Numbered from the whole stretch's first letter, positions 1 to 13,440 are shown. The stretch is DNA of 62,029 nt, filler included, from Chiloscyllium plagiosum (GCF_004010195.1; 5 parts of one record of this genome joined end to end with filler, not necessarily neighbours in it); one strand, 5' to 3'. Program-made: numbers and translations. Notes: generated from the letters alone by a model not told the origin.

Positions 1-1037
1 GGTAGTAGTTGATGGTAAAGGTTCATCTTGGAGTGCCGTTACTAGTGGTGTTCCGCAAGGATCTGTTTTGGGACCATTGCTGTTTGTCATTTTTATAAAT
101 GACCTGGTGGAGGGGTTAGAAGGTTGGGTGAGCAAGTTTGCGGCTGATACGAAAGTCAGAGGAGTTGTTGACAGTGAGGAAGGATGTGGCAGGTTACAGC
201 GGGCTATAGATCAGCTGCAGAGCTGGGCAGAATGGTGGCAAATGGAGTTCAATGTAGTTAAGTGTTAGGTGATTCACTTTGGTTTGAATAACAAAAAGAT
301 GTGGTACTGGGCTAATGGTCGGATACATGGTAGTGTGGATGAACAGAGTGATATTGGTGTCCATGTACACAGATCTTTGAAAGTTGCCACCAAGGTAAGT
401 AGTGCGATGAAGAAGGCATATGGCGTACTGGATTTTATTGTGAGAGGAATTGGGTTCTGGAGTCCTGAGGTCATGTTGCAGTTGTATAAGACTCTGGTGC
501 GGCCGCATCTGGAATATTGTGTGCATTCTTGGTCGCCATACTATAGGAACGATGTGGAGGCACTGGGACCGGGTGCAAAGGAGGTTTATCAGGATGTTGC
601 CTGGTATGGTAGGAAGATCGTATGAGGAAAGGCTGAGGCACTTGGGGTTGTTTTCATTGCAGAAAATAAGGTTTAGGGGTGACTTGATGGAGGTGTACAA
701 GATGATTAGGGGTTTAGATATGGTTGACCGTGAGTACCTTTTTCCACGTATGGAGTCAGCTATTACGAGGGGGCATAGCTTTTAAATTAGGGGCTGGTAG
801 GTATAGGACAGATGTTAGGGGTAGATTCTTTACTCAGCGAGTCGTGAGTTCATGGAATGCCCTGCCAGTAGCAGTGGTGGACTCTCCCTCTTTATGGGCA
901 TTTAACCGGGCATTGGATAGGCATATGGAGGATCGTGGGCCAGTGTAGGTTAGGTGGGCTTGGATCGGCGCAACATCGAGGGCCAAAGGGCCTGTCCTGC
1001 GCTGTATTCTTCTATGTTCTATGTTCTATGTTCTATT
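1..1037 (+). mobile_element. CR1-clade LINE, 3' part of ORF2 (RT domain) plus 3' UTR and (TTCTATG)n tail
   Basis: Translations [57 protein letters not shown]; ends in ttctatgttctatgttctatgttcta; stops and frameshifts present. Confidence 0.95.
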
Positions 1038-1149
1038 TCTTGCTTTCACTTTAACATGGATATATATTGTACTTCAAAATAACTGCCTCCCACAGATTAC
1101 GTGGATTATAACTCCTCTCAACCCTATATTGGAAAAACGCAGTCCCTTC

Positions 1150-2082
1150 ATTGTATGCCTCCACTGCATCTTCTCCCAGGAGGACCAGTTTCACATCAAA
1201 CATCGCAGATGACCTCCTAATCGAAGACCGCCATTTCCCATTGCACATGGTCTAAAATCCCTCCAGAGAATTCTCCCCGCCCCCTTCCCACACCCCTGTC
1301 CTTGAACGTCACACTTCCATTCACAATAAATCAGAACGCTCCTGGTCCTCACCTTCCACCCACCAACCTACGGAGGCAACGCATCCTCCTCCACCATCTA
1401 CAGTCAGACACGCTAATCAGAGATATGTTTTCATCCTACGTAGTTGAGCATTCTGCAGAAAACACATCCACCACAAATCCCTCATTACGTCGATGCCCCC
1501 TCCCAACACACGCTGTTCTCTAGCCACCTTGCAATGTCAACACAATGGGTGTAAAACCTGCGTTCACACCTCCATTCTGACCTCCATCCAAGTCTGCAAC
1601 GGATCCTTCTACATCCTACAGAGATTTTCCTGCACTTTCAAACACCTCATCTACTGTGCAAATTGATTTTGATGCGGTCTCATCAACGTTGGTCGACAGG
1701 ATACCAACTTGCGGAATCTCGGAGAATGTCTTCAGGATACATGGAGCAAACAATAACACTGCCCTGTGGCCGAACACTTCCTAACCAATCGGCCAAGTAC
1801 ATCCAAATTGTTGACCTTTTCCACCAACAAGTTCTAGCCATTCAATGGCTGGAGGAATAATCCCTCAACTTGAGCCTTAGGTTCCTCCAATGTTGCATTC
1901 ACCAGTTTCCTGATATCCCCTCACCCATCTGATCCCAGAGCGAACCTTCCACCTCGACACTGCCCATTAAACTGTTCTACTTGTTCATCTTCCTTCCCAA
2001 CTGTCTGCTCCACCCGACCGGCTGTGCTTCACCAACACAAAACTTTTTAATTCAGATCTTCAGCATCTAAAGTCCTCACTTT
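1150..2082 (+). mobile_element. Penelope-like element, 5'-truncated 3' portion (decayed GIY-YIG region and 3' end)
   Basis: ~1620-1700 reads RFSCTFKHLIYC..CGL..VG (decayed GIY-YIG); colinear with ~9650-10560; ends ttcagatcttcagcatctaaagtcctcacttt like the PLE tail at ~49290-49320. Confidence 0.75.
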
Positions 2083-2688
2083 TTATTGAGCTGATTATAA
2101 ACTTACTGCAAAACGTCTTCCAAGGTTGGCCAGTTTGAAGAGAGTCCCCTCCTCCATTCACAAGGAACTCAGTACGTTTGTCATTCACTGCATCCCCAGG
2201 TCGTCTCCTCTGCCCTGAACACAGCACACATATACTGAAGCAGATTACCCACAACGGTATCTTCTTCTTTCGTGCCTGCCAAAGCAAAGGACTGATCGCA
2301 CATGGACTGCAGAGTACATTCAAAACATCGAAGTATGCACTTGCCAAAGAATATCACGACATACAGCAAATTCAAATTCTCCAGGAACATTTCTCCCTCC
2401 GTATCCTCTGCTCCATGCTCACAATCATGCCCCAAACTCTCCCTGTAGTGAGCCCTGCCCCCGCTCAGGGCCACACTCGCCCAGAATTGCAAAGGCCCTC
2501 TGTTGTTCCAAATCCTCAGAATAATCCACTCAGTAAACATTCACTTATTCTCCAGCTTAGATGACATCAAAGAAGATATGTACACCAATCTTTCATGTAC
2601 TTACCTCTAAACTCGGGATTCGTCGTTCATTCTCGAACTTTCTCCCGCCCTCCAAAATCTCTTGGACGCCAATAGCCACGCAGCCGTC

Positions 2689-5658
2689 ACAGACTCATAG
2701 AGACATGGAGGTGTACAACAAGGAAACAGAACCTTCGATCCAACCTGTCCATGGCGACCAGATATCCCACCCCAATCTAGTACTACCTGCCAGCATCCGG
2801 CACATACCCCTGTAAACCCTTACTATTCATATATACCCATCCAAATACTTTTTAACTGTTGCAATTGTAAACCTTTTTAAGGACAACCCTTACCTTCCGA
2901 CGCTTCAGAGAAAACACCCCCAGCCTGTTCAGCTACTCCTTATAACTCAGTCCTCCAACCCTGGTAACATCCTTGTAAATCTTTTCTGAACCCTTTCAAG
3001 TTTCACAACATTTTTCCGATAGGAAGGAGACCAAAATTGCGCGCAATATTCCAGCAGTGGCCTAAACAATGACTTGTACAGCCGCAACAAGACTTCCCAA
3101 CTCCTGTACTCAATACACTAACCAATAAAGGGAAGTATACCAAATGCCTTCTTTACTATCTTATCTGCCTACGACTCCACTTTCAAGAAGCTATGAACCT
3201 GCACTCCAAGGTCTCTTTGTTCAGCAAAACTCCGTAGGACCGTACCATTAAGTGTATAAGCCCTGCTAAGATTTGCTTTCCTAAAATGCAGCACCTCGCA
3301 TTTATCTGAATTAAATTCCATCCGCCACTTCTCAGCCCATTGACCTATCTGATCAAGATTCTGTTGTAATCTCAGTAACCTTCTTCGCTGTCCAACACAT
3401 TTCCAATTTTGGTGTCATCTGCAAACTTTCAAACCATACCTCTTATGGTCGCATCCAAATCATTTATAGACATGACAAAAAGTAGAGGACCCAGCACCAA
3501 TCCTTGTGACACTGCACTAGTCATAGACCTCAAGTCTGAAAAACAACCCTCTCCTACCACCCTCTGTCTTCAACCTTTGAGCCAGTTCTGTATCCAAGTG
3601 GCTAGTTCTCCCTGTATTCCGTGATATCTAACCTTGCTAACCAATCTCCCGTCGTTAATCTTGTCGAATGTCTTACTGAAGTCTATATAGATCTCATCAA
3701 TCTTCTTTGTTACTTCCTCAATAAACTCAATCAAGTTTATGAGACATGATTTCACACTCATGACTATCCCTAAGCGGTCCTTGCCTTTCCAAATACATGT
3801 ACATCCTATCCCTCAGGATTCCCTAAAACTTGCCCACCACGGACAACAGGCTCACTGGTATATAGTTCCCTGGCTTTTCCTTACCACCCTGAATAAACAG
3901 TGGCGCCACGTTAGCCAACTTCCGGTGAGATGTCTTCCGGCATCTCACCTGTGACTATTGATGATACAAATATCTCAGCAAGCGGCCCAGCAATCACTTG
4001 TCTAACTTCCCACAGAGTTCTAGCTGACACCCGATCATGTCCTGGGCATTTGTCCATCTTTAAGTGTTTCAAGACATCCAGCACTTTCTCCTCTGTAATA
4101 TGGACATTTTACAATGTGTCGGCATCCACTTCCCTGCATTCTATATCTTCTATGCCATTTTCCAGAGTAAATATTGATGCAAAATACTCGTTTAATATCT
4201 CCCGCATTTTCTGTGGCTCCACACAAAGGACGCTTTGCTGATCGTTGAGGGGATCTATTCTCTCCCTAGTTACCCTTGTGTCCTTCATGTAATTGTTAAA
4301 ACCCTTTGGATTCTCCTTAATTGTATTTGCCAAAGCTATTCCCTTTTTTGCTCTCTTACTGCCTTTATACTCTTCTAAGGATTCACCCAGTCGATCCTGT
4401 CCACACCAGACATATGCTTCCTTCTTTTCTCAACCAAACCCTCAAGTTATTTAGTCATCCAACATTCAACATACCTAACAGCATTTCCTTTCACCCCTAC
4501 AGGGATGTACTTTCTCTGAATTCTAGTATCTCATTTCTGAAGGCTTCCCATTTTCTAGCTGGTTCCTTACATGTGAATATTTGCCCCCAATCAGCTTTGC
4601 AAAGTTCTTGCCTAATGTCGTCAAAATTGGCCTTTCTCTAATTTAGAACTTCAACTTTTAGATCTGGTCTATCCTTTTCCATCACTATTTTAAACCATTA
4701 GAATTATGGTCGCTCGCCCCAAAGTGCTCCTCCGCAGACACCTCAGTCACCTGCCCTGTCTTATTTCCCAAGAGTATGTCAAGTTTTTCATACCTCGTAG
4801 GTAAATCCAAATAATACAAATACTGAATCAGAAACTTTTCTTGTACACACTTAACAAATCCCACTCCATATAAACCCTAAAGCTATGATGGCAGTCCCAG
4901 TCTATGTTTGGAAAGTTAAAATCGCCTACCATAACTAACCTATTATTCTTACAGATAGCTGAGATCTCCTTACAAGCTTGTTTCCCAATTTCGCTGTGAC
5001 TATAAGGGGTCTATAATATAATCCATAAAGATGATCATCCCTTTCTTATTTATCAGTTCTATCCAAATAACTTCCCTGGATGTATTTCCAGGAATATCCC
5101 CCCTCAGTACAGCTGTAATGCTGTACCTTATCGAAAACGCCACCCCCTCCTCTTTTGTCTCGCTTTCTATCCTTCTTGTAGCATTTGTATCCTTGAACAT
5201 CAAGCTGCAGACCTGCCCATCCCTGAGTCATGTTTCTGTAATTGCTATGATATCTCAGCCCCATGTTTTTAACCATGTCCTGACTTCATCTGCTTTCCCT
5301 GTTAGTCCTCTTGCAATGAAAGATATGCAGGTTAATTTATTAGTCCTAACTCGTCTCTGCCTTCCCTGACTTTTTGACTTGCTTCTGTTCTCAACTGTAC
5401 CAGTCTTAGATTGGTCTCGTTCCTCACTATCTCCCTGGGTCTCACCCCCGCCCAACCTTACTAGCATAAATTCCCCCGAGCAGCTCAAGCAAATCTCCCG
5501 GCCAGTATATTAGTCCCCTTGCAATTTATGTGAAATCATTCATTCTTTTACAGGTCACTTCTACCCTAAAAAAGATTCAAATGATCCAAACATGTGAATC
5601 CTTCTCCCATACACCAGATCGTCAGCCATGCATTTATCTGCTCTATCCACATATTCCT
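2689..5658 (-). mobile_element. CR1 LINE, long decayed copy (APE endonuclease to 3' tail) inserted in the PLE
   Basis: Minus-strand translations KRGGGGV, KENPKGF..Y, SCLINLIEFIEEVTK..IYIDFSKTFDK, LATWIQNWL; 3' tail at ~2690. Confidence 0.92.
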
Positions 5659-5886
5659 GCCCTCATAGCTACGGTGACAATGTGGGAAACAGCGATGCCT
5701 CTTCAGCCCCTGCCACAACACAGGCTACACCCAATGCTGATTTTGCATCTTCCGCAATCGCTGCCAGCATCACTGCCTCAGCGATTGCCGCCAAGATAAA
5801 TGCCTCCACGATCACCACTAAGGCAACCACCTCTGTATTTACCGCGAAGACTATCCGATACTTCACGTCAACCTGCTTTGATGCCA

Positions 5887-6345
5887 CTGACTCAGCAACT
5901 TTAGTACCTGCTGACATCACGGCTCAGAACACCGCCAATGATTATAAAGCCATCGATGAAAACACTGTAAACGACATTTTTAATGCCACTTTGGCCCCTG
6001 AAAAACCGTCGCTTCTGCCTCCAACTACCATTATGTGCATTAATTCATTTCCTGATGTCAACGATGATGCCATGAGCACACGCATTCCAAAGACAATCTG
6101 ACTCCACATCACAACCCCTGACTCAGCAACTTTAGTACCTGCTGACATCACTGCTCAGAACACCGCCAATGATTATAAAGCCATCGATGAAAACACTGTA
6201 AACGACATTTTTAATGCCACTTTGGCCCCTGAAAAACCGTCGCTTCTGCCTCCAACTACCATTATGTGCATTAATTCATTTCCTGATGTCAACGATGATG
6301 CCATGAGCACACGCATTCCAAAGACAATCTGACTCCACATCACAA
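5887..6345. repeat. Near-perfect 231-bp tandem duplication
   Basis: 5887-6114 matches 6118-6345 with one visible mismatch (atcacggctc vs atcactgctc). Confidence 0.95.
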
Positions 6346-6888
6346 AAGCCTGCCCCACACCAGGTTCTAACCCCGGCCCGGACGTGCTTTCCCATTCTCC
6401 AAACTTCCCTATCAGAATGAGCGATCAGTCCTCTGTTAAGTGCTCACCTTTATCCAATTATACTGCCACATCAACGAATTTATGCTGTCTTTACCTCCCT
6501 GCTTATTTTTTCCAACAGAACTCCAACTGACTATCCGAGTACGGCTTTGCCCGCCTCCAGCACACTCCATCCAGTTGGACACGCAGTGCTGGTCGATCCC
6601 ATTATCCCCCACTTCCACCTCGACATTGACCGCCTCAACCAGTCCACCCCCAAAACCTACTTAAACGTCCCACCCACAAAATACATTGCCCTTCATACCT
6701 TCTGCTCCAAGTCCAACCTCACCATCAAATCAGCAGACAACGGCGACGCAGTGGCAGTTTCGCACATTGACTTATATGCTGCTGAATGCATTTTCAACAC
6801 ACGGACGCTTCCTCCAAAAGAAACATAGACTAGAGCCTCACTTCCATTCAACAAACTATCATCTTTCAGACCATCCTTAACCTCATTA

Positions 6889-8807
6889 GCATATTTGAAG
6901 AAAAAACCAGGAGGAGGGGACGGCCATCGGACCCTTGGACCCTGCTCTTGCCCTCGATCAGATTAAGGCTGATCCTTTTGTGGACACAGGTCCACTTACT
7001 CACTTTCTCGCCATTTCCCTTAATTTCTTTATTGTTAAAAATAAACTCACTTAAGTTTAAAAATATTTACTGAAATAGCATCAACTACATCACTGAGCAA
7101 GAAATTCAAGATATTAAGAATCCGCTGTGTGATGAATTTCCTTCTTAACTCAGTCCTAAATCTGCTCCCACCAACTTGAGGTTCTGCCTTCTTGTCCCAG
7201 CTTCACCTACAAGTGGAACTCCTTGTCTCCTTCTATCTTATCTATTCTTCTCAAAATGTTTGATGTTTCAATGGGATCAACCTTCCCCCGCTATGCTCAT
7301 GAATTCCAATGAACATAATCCCACCCTGCTTAGTCTCTCCTCCTAAACCAAATGCTCTATAGAGATGCCCTGCTATTTAGATTAGATTAGATTAGATTAC
7401 AGTGTGGAAACAGGCCCTTCGGCCCAACAAGTCCACACCGACCCGCCGAAGCGAAACCCACCCATATCCCTACATATACCCCTTACCTAACACTACAGGC
7501 AATTTTGTATGGTCAATTCACCTGACCCTGCACATCTTTGGATGGTGGGAGGAAACCGGAGCACCCGGAGGAAACCCACGCAGACACGGGGAGAACGTGC
7601 AAACTCCACACAGTCAGACGCCTGAGGCGGGAATTGAACCCGGGTCTCTGGCGCTGTGAGGCAGCAGTGCTAACTGCTGTGCCACCAAGGAATCAAATTC
7701 CTTGATTTAAACAGTAGTGTCACTTTTGTTGTTTTCCAATCTACTGGGACTGTCCCAGCGTCCAGCCAATTTTGGAAATTTACCGCCAGTGCACCTGCTG
7801 ATTCTCCTGGCATCTCTTTTCATTCCCTGGTATACATACCTTCGGTTCCAGGAGACTTATCAATCTTCCACTACATTAACTTACATAACAGTACCTGTTC
7901 CATAATAATGATTGTTTCCATTTCCTTAACTAATTTCGTCTTTTAGTCAATTACTTGCATACTATTACTGTCGTCAATGTGAAGACCGACACAAAATACC
8001 TGTTCAATGCCTCGTCCATTTCCCATAACCCCCTTGACATCCTCTGAAGGACCAACATTTACTTTGGCCACTTTTATTTTCATTTTATGTTGTAAATAAA
8101 CTGTTGCTATCTGTCGTTATATGCTGTGCTCGATTTTTCTCACGTTCTACCTTACTTTTCTTTATTGCTCTTTTCGTTGAGCTTTAAAGTTTTCCCAATC
8201 TTCTAGTTTCATTTTGTTTTTGGCCAATTTGTATGCCTTATCCTTCAAGTTGATAGCCTTATTTCCTTTGACATCCATAGGAGATTAGTCATTTTCTTAC
8301 ATTCGTTTCTTTTCATTGGAATATACTTTTGCTGAGGACTTAGAAAAAAAAATTGAAAGCTCTCCACTGCCCGCTAACCATCCCACCATGGAATCTCTGT
8401 TTCCGGTGTACTTTAGCGAAGCCCACCCTCGTTCTATTGTCGTCCCCATGTTCAGGCACAGGACCCTGCTATTGGATTTATTATCACTCACTCTATTTGT
8501 ATTCTCAATTAAGCTATACTGTGATCACTATTTCCAAGAGGATCGTTAACTCTGGAACAATTAATTATTCCAGTCTCATTACACGGGACCTGATCTAAGT
8601 TAGCTTTATCACTCATCAGTTCCAATACATAGTGTTCGAAAAAAATATCCTGGATGCACTCAACGAACCCTACCTTAAGGATACTCTGACAGAGTTGGTT
8701 CGACCAATCGACAATTAAATTTAAATCCCACATGATAATTACGTTAATTACGTTAATCACTTTAATAGTCGTTCGATTTTTCTCTTTGTTTATTACCCGC
8801 CCCAATG
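6889..8807 (-). mobile_element. Older, internally deleted CR1 LINE inserted in the PLE, flanked by a candidate TCATTA target-site duplication
   Basis: APE-like translation IIMWDLN..DW..FVECIQD..EHYV..LDQV..LGNSDH (8509-8850); 3' tail-like sequence at 6890-6970; TCATTA at 6883-6888 and 8808-8813. Confidence 0.8.
7377..7687 (-). mobile_element. HE1-type (V-SINE) tRNA-derived SINE
   Basis: Minus strand GGTGGCACAGCAGTTAGC (A box)...GGTTCAATTCC (B box), GTGTGGAGTTTGCACGTTCTCCCCGTG core, (TCTAA)n tail. Confidence 0.92.
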
Positions 8808-10650
8808 TCATTACCTCAGGGGATCTCATAACCAAAGCCACCGCCCTCATAGTTCAGGTACGCCGCACCACCTGGTTCTACCTGTGCACGAATTTCATAA
8901 ACCTGACTGACCCAGACAGGTTATCATCTCCACCTGCTCCTTCACCAAATAAAATATTTCCACTTAGCTTGAAATTGGCCTGTACCAATTGGTCCAGGAT
9001 CTCCATGCATTCGGGAGACTACCTACACCCTCCACGCCCTTCATGACGTTGCGTTCACCGGCCCACACTGCCCATTTCTTACCATGGACATCCAGGCCCT
9101 GTACACGTCCATCCGCTATGACGAAGACCTTGATGCCTTCTGGTTCTTCCTCTTCCACTGACCCAACATGGATCCTTCCTACAACACACTCATTCAATTG
9201 GTGAACTGGTCCTCACACTTAACAATTTCTTTTTGAATCGTCCCACTTCCTTCAGACCAAAGGGGCACCATGAACTTTCACATGGGCCCTAGCTATGCAT
9301 GCCTCTTTCTTGGGTACATGGGCAATTCATCAGCAGCAGCTGCACCGACACTCTTCCGCACATTTTCATCTGTGACATTAAAGATTGTATTGGCACTACC
9401 TCGCGCTTGCAGTGGTGGTACAAGTGGTAGTTGAATAATACGTGAACGTTGCAAACACCCTGATTTCAAGTTCACCTGGAAAATCTCGGACACAACCCTC
9501 CCCTTCCGAAACGCTCCATCTCCATTTCCGGCGATCGATTTAACACGGACATCTCATGCAAACCGACCCACTATCACAGAGAACCAGACTGTACCACCTC
9601 GCGCACCTCATTTCTGTTTAAACGCTATTCCTTGTTCCCAATTCTACCAGATCTTCTGCATCTGCTCCCAGCAGGTCGAATTACAGGTCAGAACATCCCA
9701 TATAGTCTCGTTAGTTGAGGAACGCAATTTTATCCTTCCACACAGTCAAAAATGCACTCCAGCACATCTCTTTCACTTGTCACAGTTCCTTCTTTGAAAC
9801 CCAAGCTTCCAATCTGAACAAGGACAGAAAAGCCCTTGTCCTCACCTTCCACCGCACCACCCTCCTGATTAAACGCATTATCCTCCGTCATTTCCGCTAC
9901 CGACAGTCAGGCCCCATAACCAGTGGTTTATTTCCCACCCCATGCTTTCACCCCACCAGAGAAAATTAGCTGGGCCACTCCACCGTTTGGTCCATCCCAT
10001 CCACGAACCTACTAAATCCTCCCGGCAACTTCCTTTTACACTGCAAGTGGCGTTAAATCTGCGCTCATATCTACCCCGTCACGGCCATTCAAATACCAAA
10101 TGAACATTCCACATCCGGCAGAGATTTTCCTGCGCGTCCAAACAGCTCATCTACTCTTTCAAATTTTCTGGACTTGGTCTCCTATAAACTGGGGAGACAG
10201 GCCGCCAACTTAAGAAACATTTCAGAGAACATCTCTGGGACACACACCGGACAACCCTACAGTCCGTGGCTCATCATTTCAACTCTCCCTCCAACTCCGC
10301 CAAGCACATCCAAGTTATGGGCCTTCACCACTGCCGAATGCTATCCTTCCGAGGCTGATGGAAGAACGCCTCAGTTTCGGTCTTGGAACTCTCCACCCAC
10401 ACAGCATCAATATTGATTTCATGAAATTCCTCATTTCACCTCCACTCCCCTCATCCAAGATTCAACGCTCACATTTGGCACTGCACTTCTGAACTGGCCA
10501 ACCTGGCTTTCCACCAACCAACTCCACTTCTGCTCCAGCCTACATCCGTCACCCCACCTGCATCTATGTAACGCCTTCCCACCTACATTGCCTCTAGTCG
10601 CACCACACCTTCACCTTTTTCTCTGGCAGTCCCTTCCCTCCAACCTCCCC

Positions 10651-10690
10651 ACATTGCTGATGAGGGGCTTTTGCCCGAAACGTTGACTCT
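10651..10690 (+). ncRNA. Minimal type-I hammerhead ribozyme relic in the PLE 3' end
   Basis: CTGATGA-G-GGGC-TTTT-GCCC-GAAAC-GTT: conserved core, 4-bp stem II and ACGT palindromic stem III; stem I pairing degraded. Confidence 0.75.
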
Positions 10691-12929
10691 GTTGCTCCTC
10701 AGATNNNNNNNNNNNNNNNNNNNNNNNNNNNNNNNNNNNNNNNNNNNNNNNNNNNNNNNNNNNNNNNNNNNNNNNNNNNNNNNNNNNNNNNNNNNNNNNN
10801 NNNNNNNNNNNNNNNNNNNNNNNNNNNNNNNNNNNNNNNNNNNNNNNNNNNNNNNNNNNNNNNNNNNNNNNNNNNNNNNNNNNNNNNNNNNNNNNNNNNN
10901 NNNNNNNNNNNNNNNNNNNNNNNNNNNNNNNNNNNNNNNNNNNNNNNNNNNGAGGTTGCAGAGAACTGGACAATAGCCAATGTTGTAACTTTGTTTAAGA
11001 AAGTCAGAAGGGACATGACACCAGGATATTACCATCAGATTCAATTGAAATCAAAAGCTTTTGTAGTGCTGCTTGTTCGCCAGGTGAATTCGTGCCAGAC
11101 AGCTAAATAGCAAGAGAATAGAGAGATATAAACCACGCAGAGGCAAACGTTTTCTTCTTAAATTTATAAAGCTATCATGTGTTGGCACAGGCTTATTCCG
11201 ACAATGGGACTACTCCTGTGCTGAACAGGACATTGTGATTGGATAAAAACAAAAGAGTGGCAACATGTAAACTCGTGAATGATTATCAACAGTCACATTA
11301 ATGTTCGTCTCTTCTTATCAATTTGCAGCATCATATCCTTTCTGCCACAGCGGTGAAAGACAACACTGAGAATGTCACACGAAAGACAGAGCTGGGAACT
11401 GGTGAATCTATCTCGTCCCTCGCTCCAACGTCTCGGAGAACGCAGCACAGGCAGAAGTTGCATGCACTCCACCATCACAAGCAATGCTGCTATCTGTCAC
11501 TTTTCAGCCTCACCACGTCATCCCAGCACTTCTCCGACCCACTGACGGCACGCTTATGAACTTCAGTGATGCTGCTCAGGGTGTACTGACAACTCTCGGT
11601 GCAATGCTGTTTCAAGGACTCTGTGCTCAGGAACTGCATCTCTTCGCTGTAAACTGTGTGTTCGTACACATTCACTTTAAACTGGCTTGAATGTTGACAG
11701 AATTGTTTTCTTTCCTAATTTGGCCTTTATCCGTATTTACCCTCAGCCAAAGCCATAAGATTCACATAACTGCTGGAATTTCTTGCCATTTTGCACGGAC
11801 ACAAAGCCAGAAAGCCTGATATAATTGTCCATTTTATGGCAAAGTTGTCAGCATAGTGAGCCAATGGTAGTCTCAGTTACCAGTCCAGGAGTTTCGACAA
11901 CGTCCATCATTCTCCATGTAGGTCAGAGTCTGGATCATTTTGCTTTATGGTGTAAGGAGCTAAATGTCGTGAATTCACTATCCATCTTGTTTCTTTCCAC
12001 TATGTTGTGGATGATTCCTTCAGAACGAGAGATCATCGAGAGATATTAAGAATGACAGACATGTTTGGCACCGCTGTTAGTACAGGAGCAGCTGGGGGAA
12101 AGATGATGAGGTGTACTGGACGATTGAGTTGGCAGCACAGACGACAGGCAGGCTTGGGATCAGATGCAGGGAGCAATTTAGAAAGGAAACAAGAGAAGAT
12201 GTTGAATCTAACAGTTAGACTGGACAAACATGAACTTTTGTCTGAGGTGGGTGCAGAGCAAAGATGAAATGAGAGCGATATCACCAATTCCATATGGTAA
12301 TACTTACGCTGGTGGATTAGAGGAGGTCAGTGACCTCATTCATAAATAGCTCGGTATTCACCCAGAAGGTTATCACCTCAGTGACTTAGTGGTCAACCTG
12401 AGAACAAGTTGAACAGAATCTGGCGTTATAGCATCTATTGCCAGACCTGGTGGAAGATCATACCCCACTCAACATCACGCCACTAGCCAGAACCTCAGTT
12501 GCTTGCCCGAAAAGTGTGTCTCCTATTTTACACCCTGTGCCTTGTCCAGAGCAGCTTCGGATTGACAATGCAAGGTTTCAAAATGTTTTTAAAGTGACAC
12601 CTGTAACAAGATGGTCAGGCTATTTTGGGATATCCGGCCGTTGTAACGGAGGTATGATCGACCAAGGGATTTCAGGAAATTCTAAGAGTGTTGGCCTGAA
12701 TTTACTTCAGGGAAAGCAGTGTGTATTTAATCTGACTGTTGTGTTTTTGAGTCAATAGCGAGTACAGTTTATGTTACTTACCTGCATTTGACAAGAAACA
12801 ACATGGCAGACTGTTAAAAGACAGAAGCTATGGGGCCCCGTTTAATGCAGCAAGCAACCCAAAGACATGTAAGGCAAGACTTTTGGGGGAATCAACAGAA
12901 CTGAGAAATACACAACAAAATGCGAGAGT

Positions 12930-13440
12930 AGTCAATGTGGTCAGGTCCCTCATAATAGCTGGACACACTAAAAGTATAGTTAAAGCAGCGAACGGCATCA
13001 TGTCCTCCATCAGGCAAAGTGCAGATCACAAAAGCTGGAAGCTTCTGCTGGAACTGAATACACCTGGAGTAACTGCGTGCAATTCCAGCCACCACATCTT
13101 CTCGATGGACTGAACTGCATTGGAGATCGTGCAGAGGAGATTTGTTGCCCTGGGAAAATGAAAAGTGCAGTTCTGAGAAAAGGTTGGATTGGAGATGCTG
13201 AGATCATATTTGTTTTCGGTGCACATGTTGGCAAGGGCCTGGATCGAGATCGAAAGAAAATGTTGTTTCTCATGGAGTGTTCAGTTGTCCATGGGGAAGG
13301 TACAAATTAATAGGTTGCAATACTAGAAACGTGGTGAGGAAACATGTTATTTTACCCAGAGTGTGGCAGGAGTCTGGAGCTCACACCTCGATGAGAAGTA
13401 GGAAAAAAAAATTCAGACAACTTTTAAAATGGTGCCCAGA
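12930..13440 (+). mobile_element. Ancient decayed CR1-like 3' fragment
   Basis: Resembles CR1 ORF2 C-terminus (VKAANGIM..I..KS..LLLEL; LE.C.QF; ALEIVQRRF; TQSV..VW). Confidence 0.55.

Larger units (their letters stand above)
2085..10704 (+). mobile_element. Penelope-like element, near full length and decayed, in three pieces (~2085-2688, ~5659-6888, 8808-10704) separated by CR1 insertions
   Basis: NLTIKSADNGDAVAV (PLE KPADKGxxxVV motif, ~6715-6760); RT motifs TMDIQALYTSI (~9080) and QTKG..MGPSYACLFLGY (~9255-9320); GIY-YIG remnant RFSCASKQLIY..GL..GET (~10120-10200); hammerhead core at 10657. Confidence 0.85.

Noticed and set aside
5628..6101. 157-aa Ala/Thr-rich ORF as a host gene
   Set aside because: It lies in the low-complexity linker of the decayed Penelope element, colinear with the RT motifs downstream.
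7600..7687. tRNA genes (also at ~32540-32600, ~33085-33147 and ~43363-43425)
   Set aside because: The A and B boxes are SINE heads followed by the HE1 body and tail, not complete cloverleaf genes.
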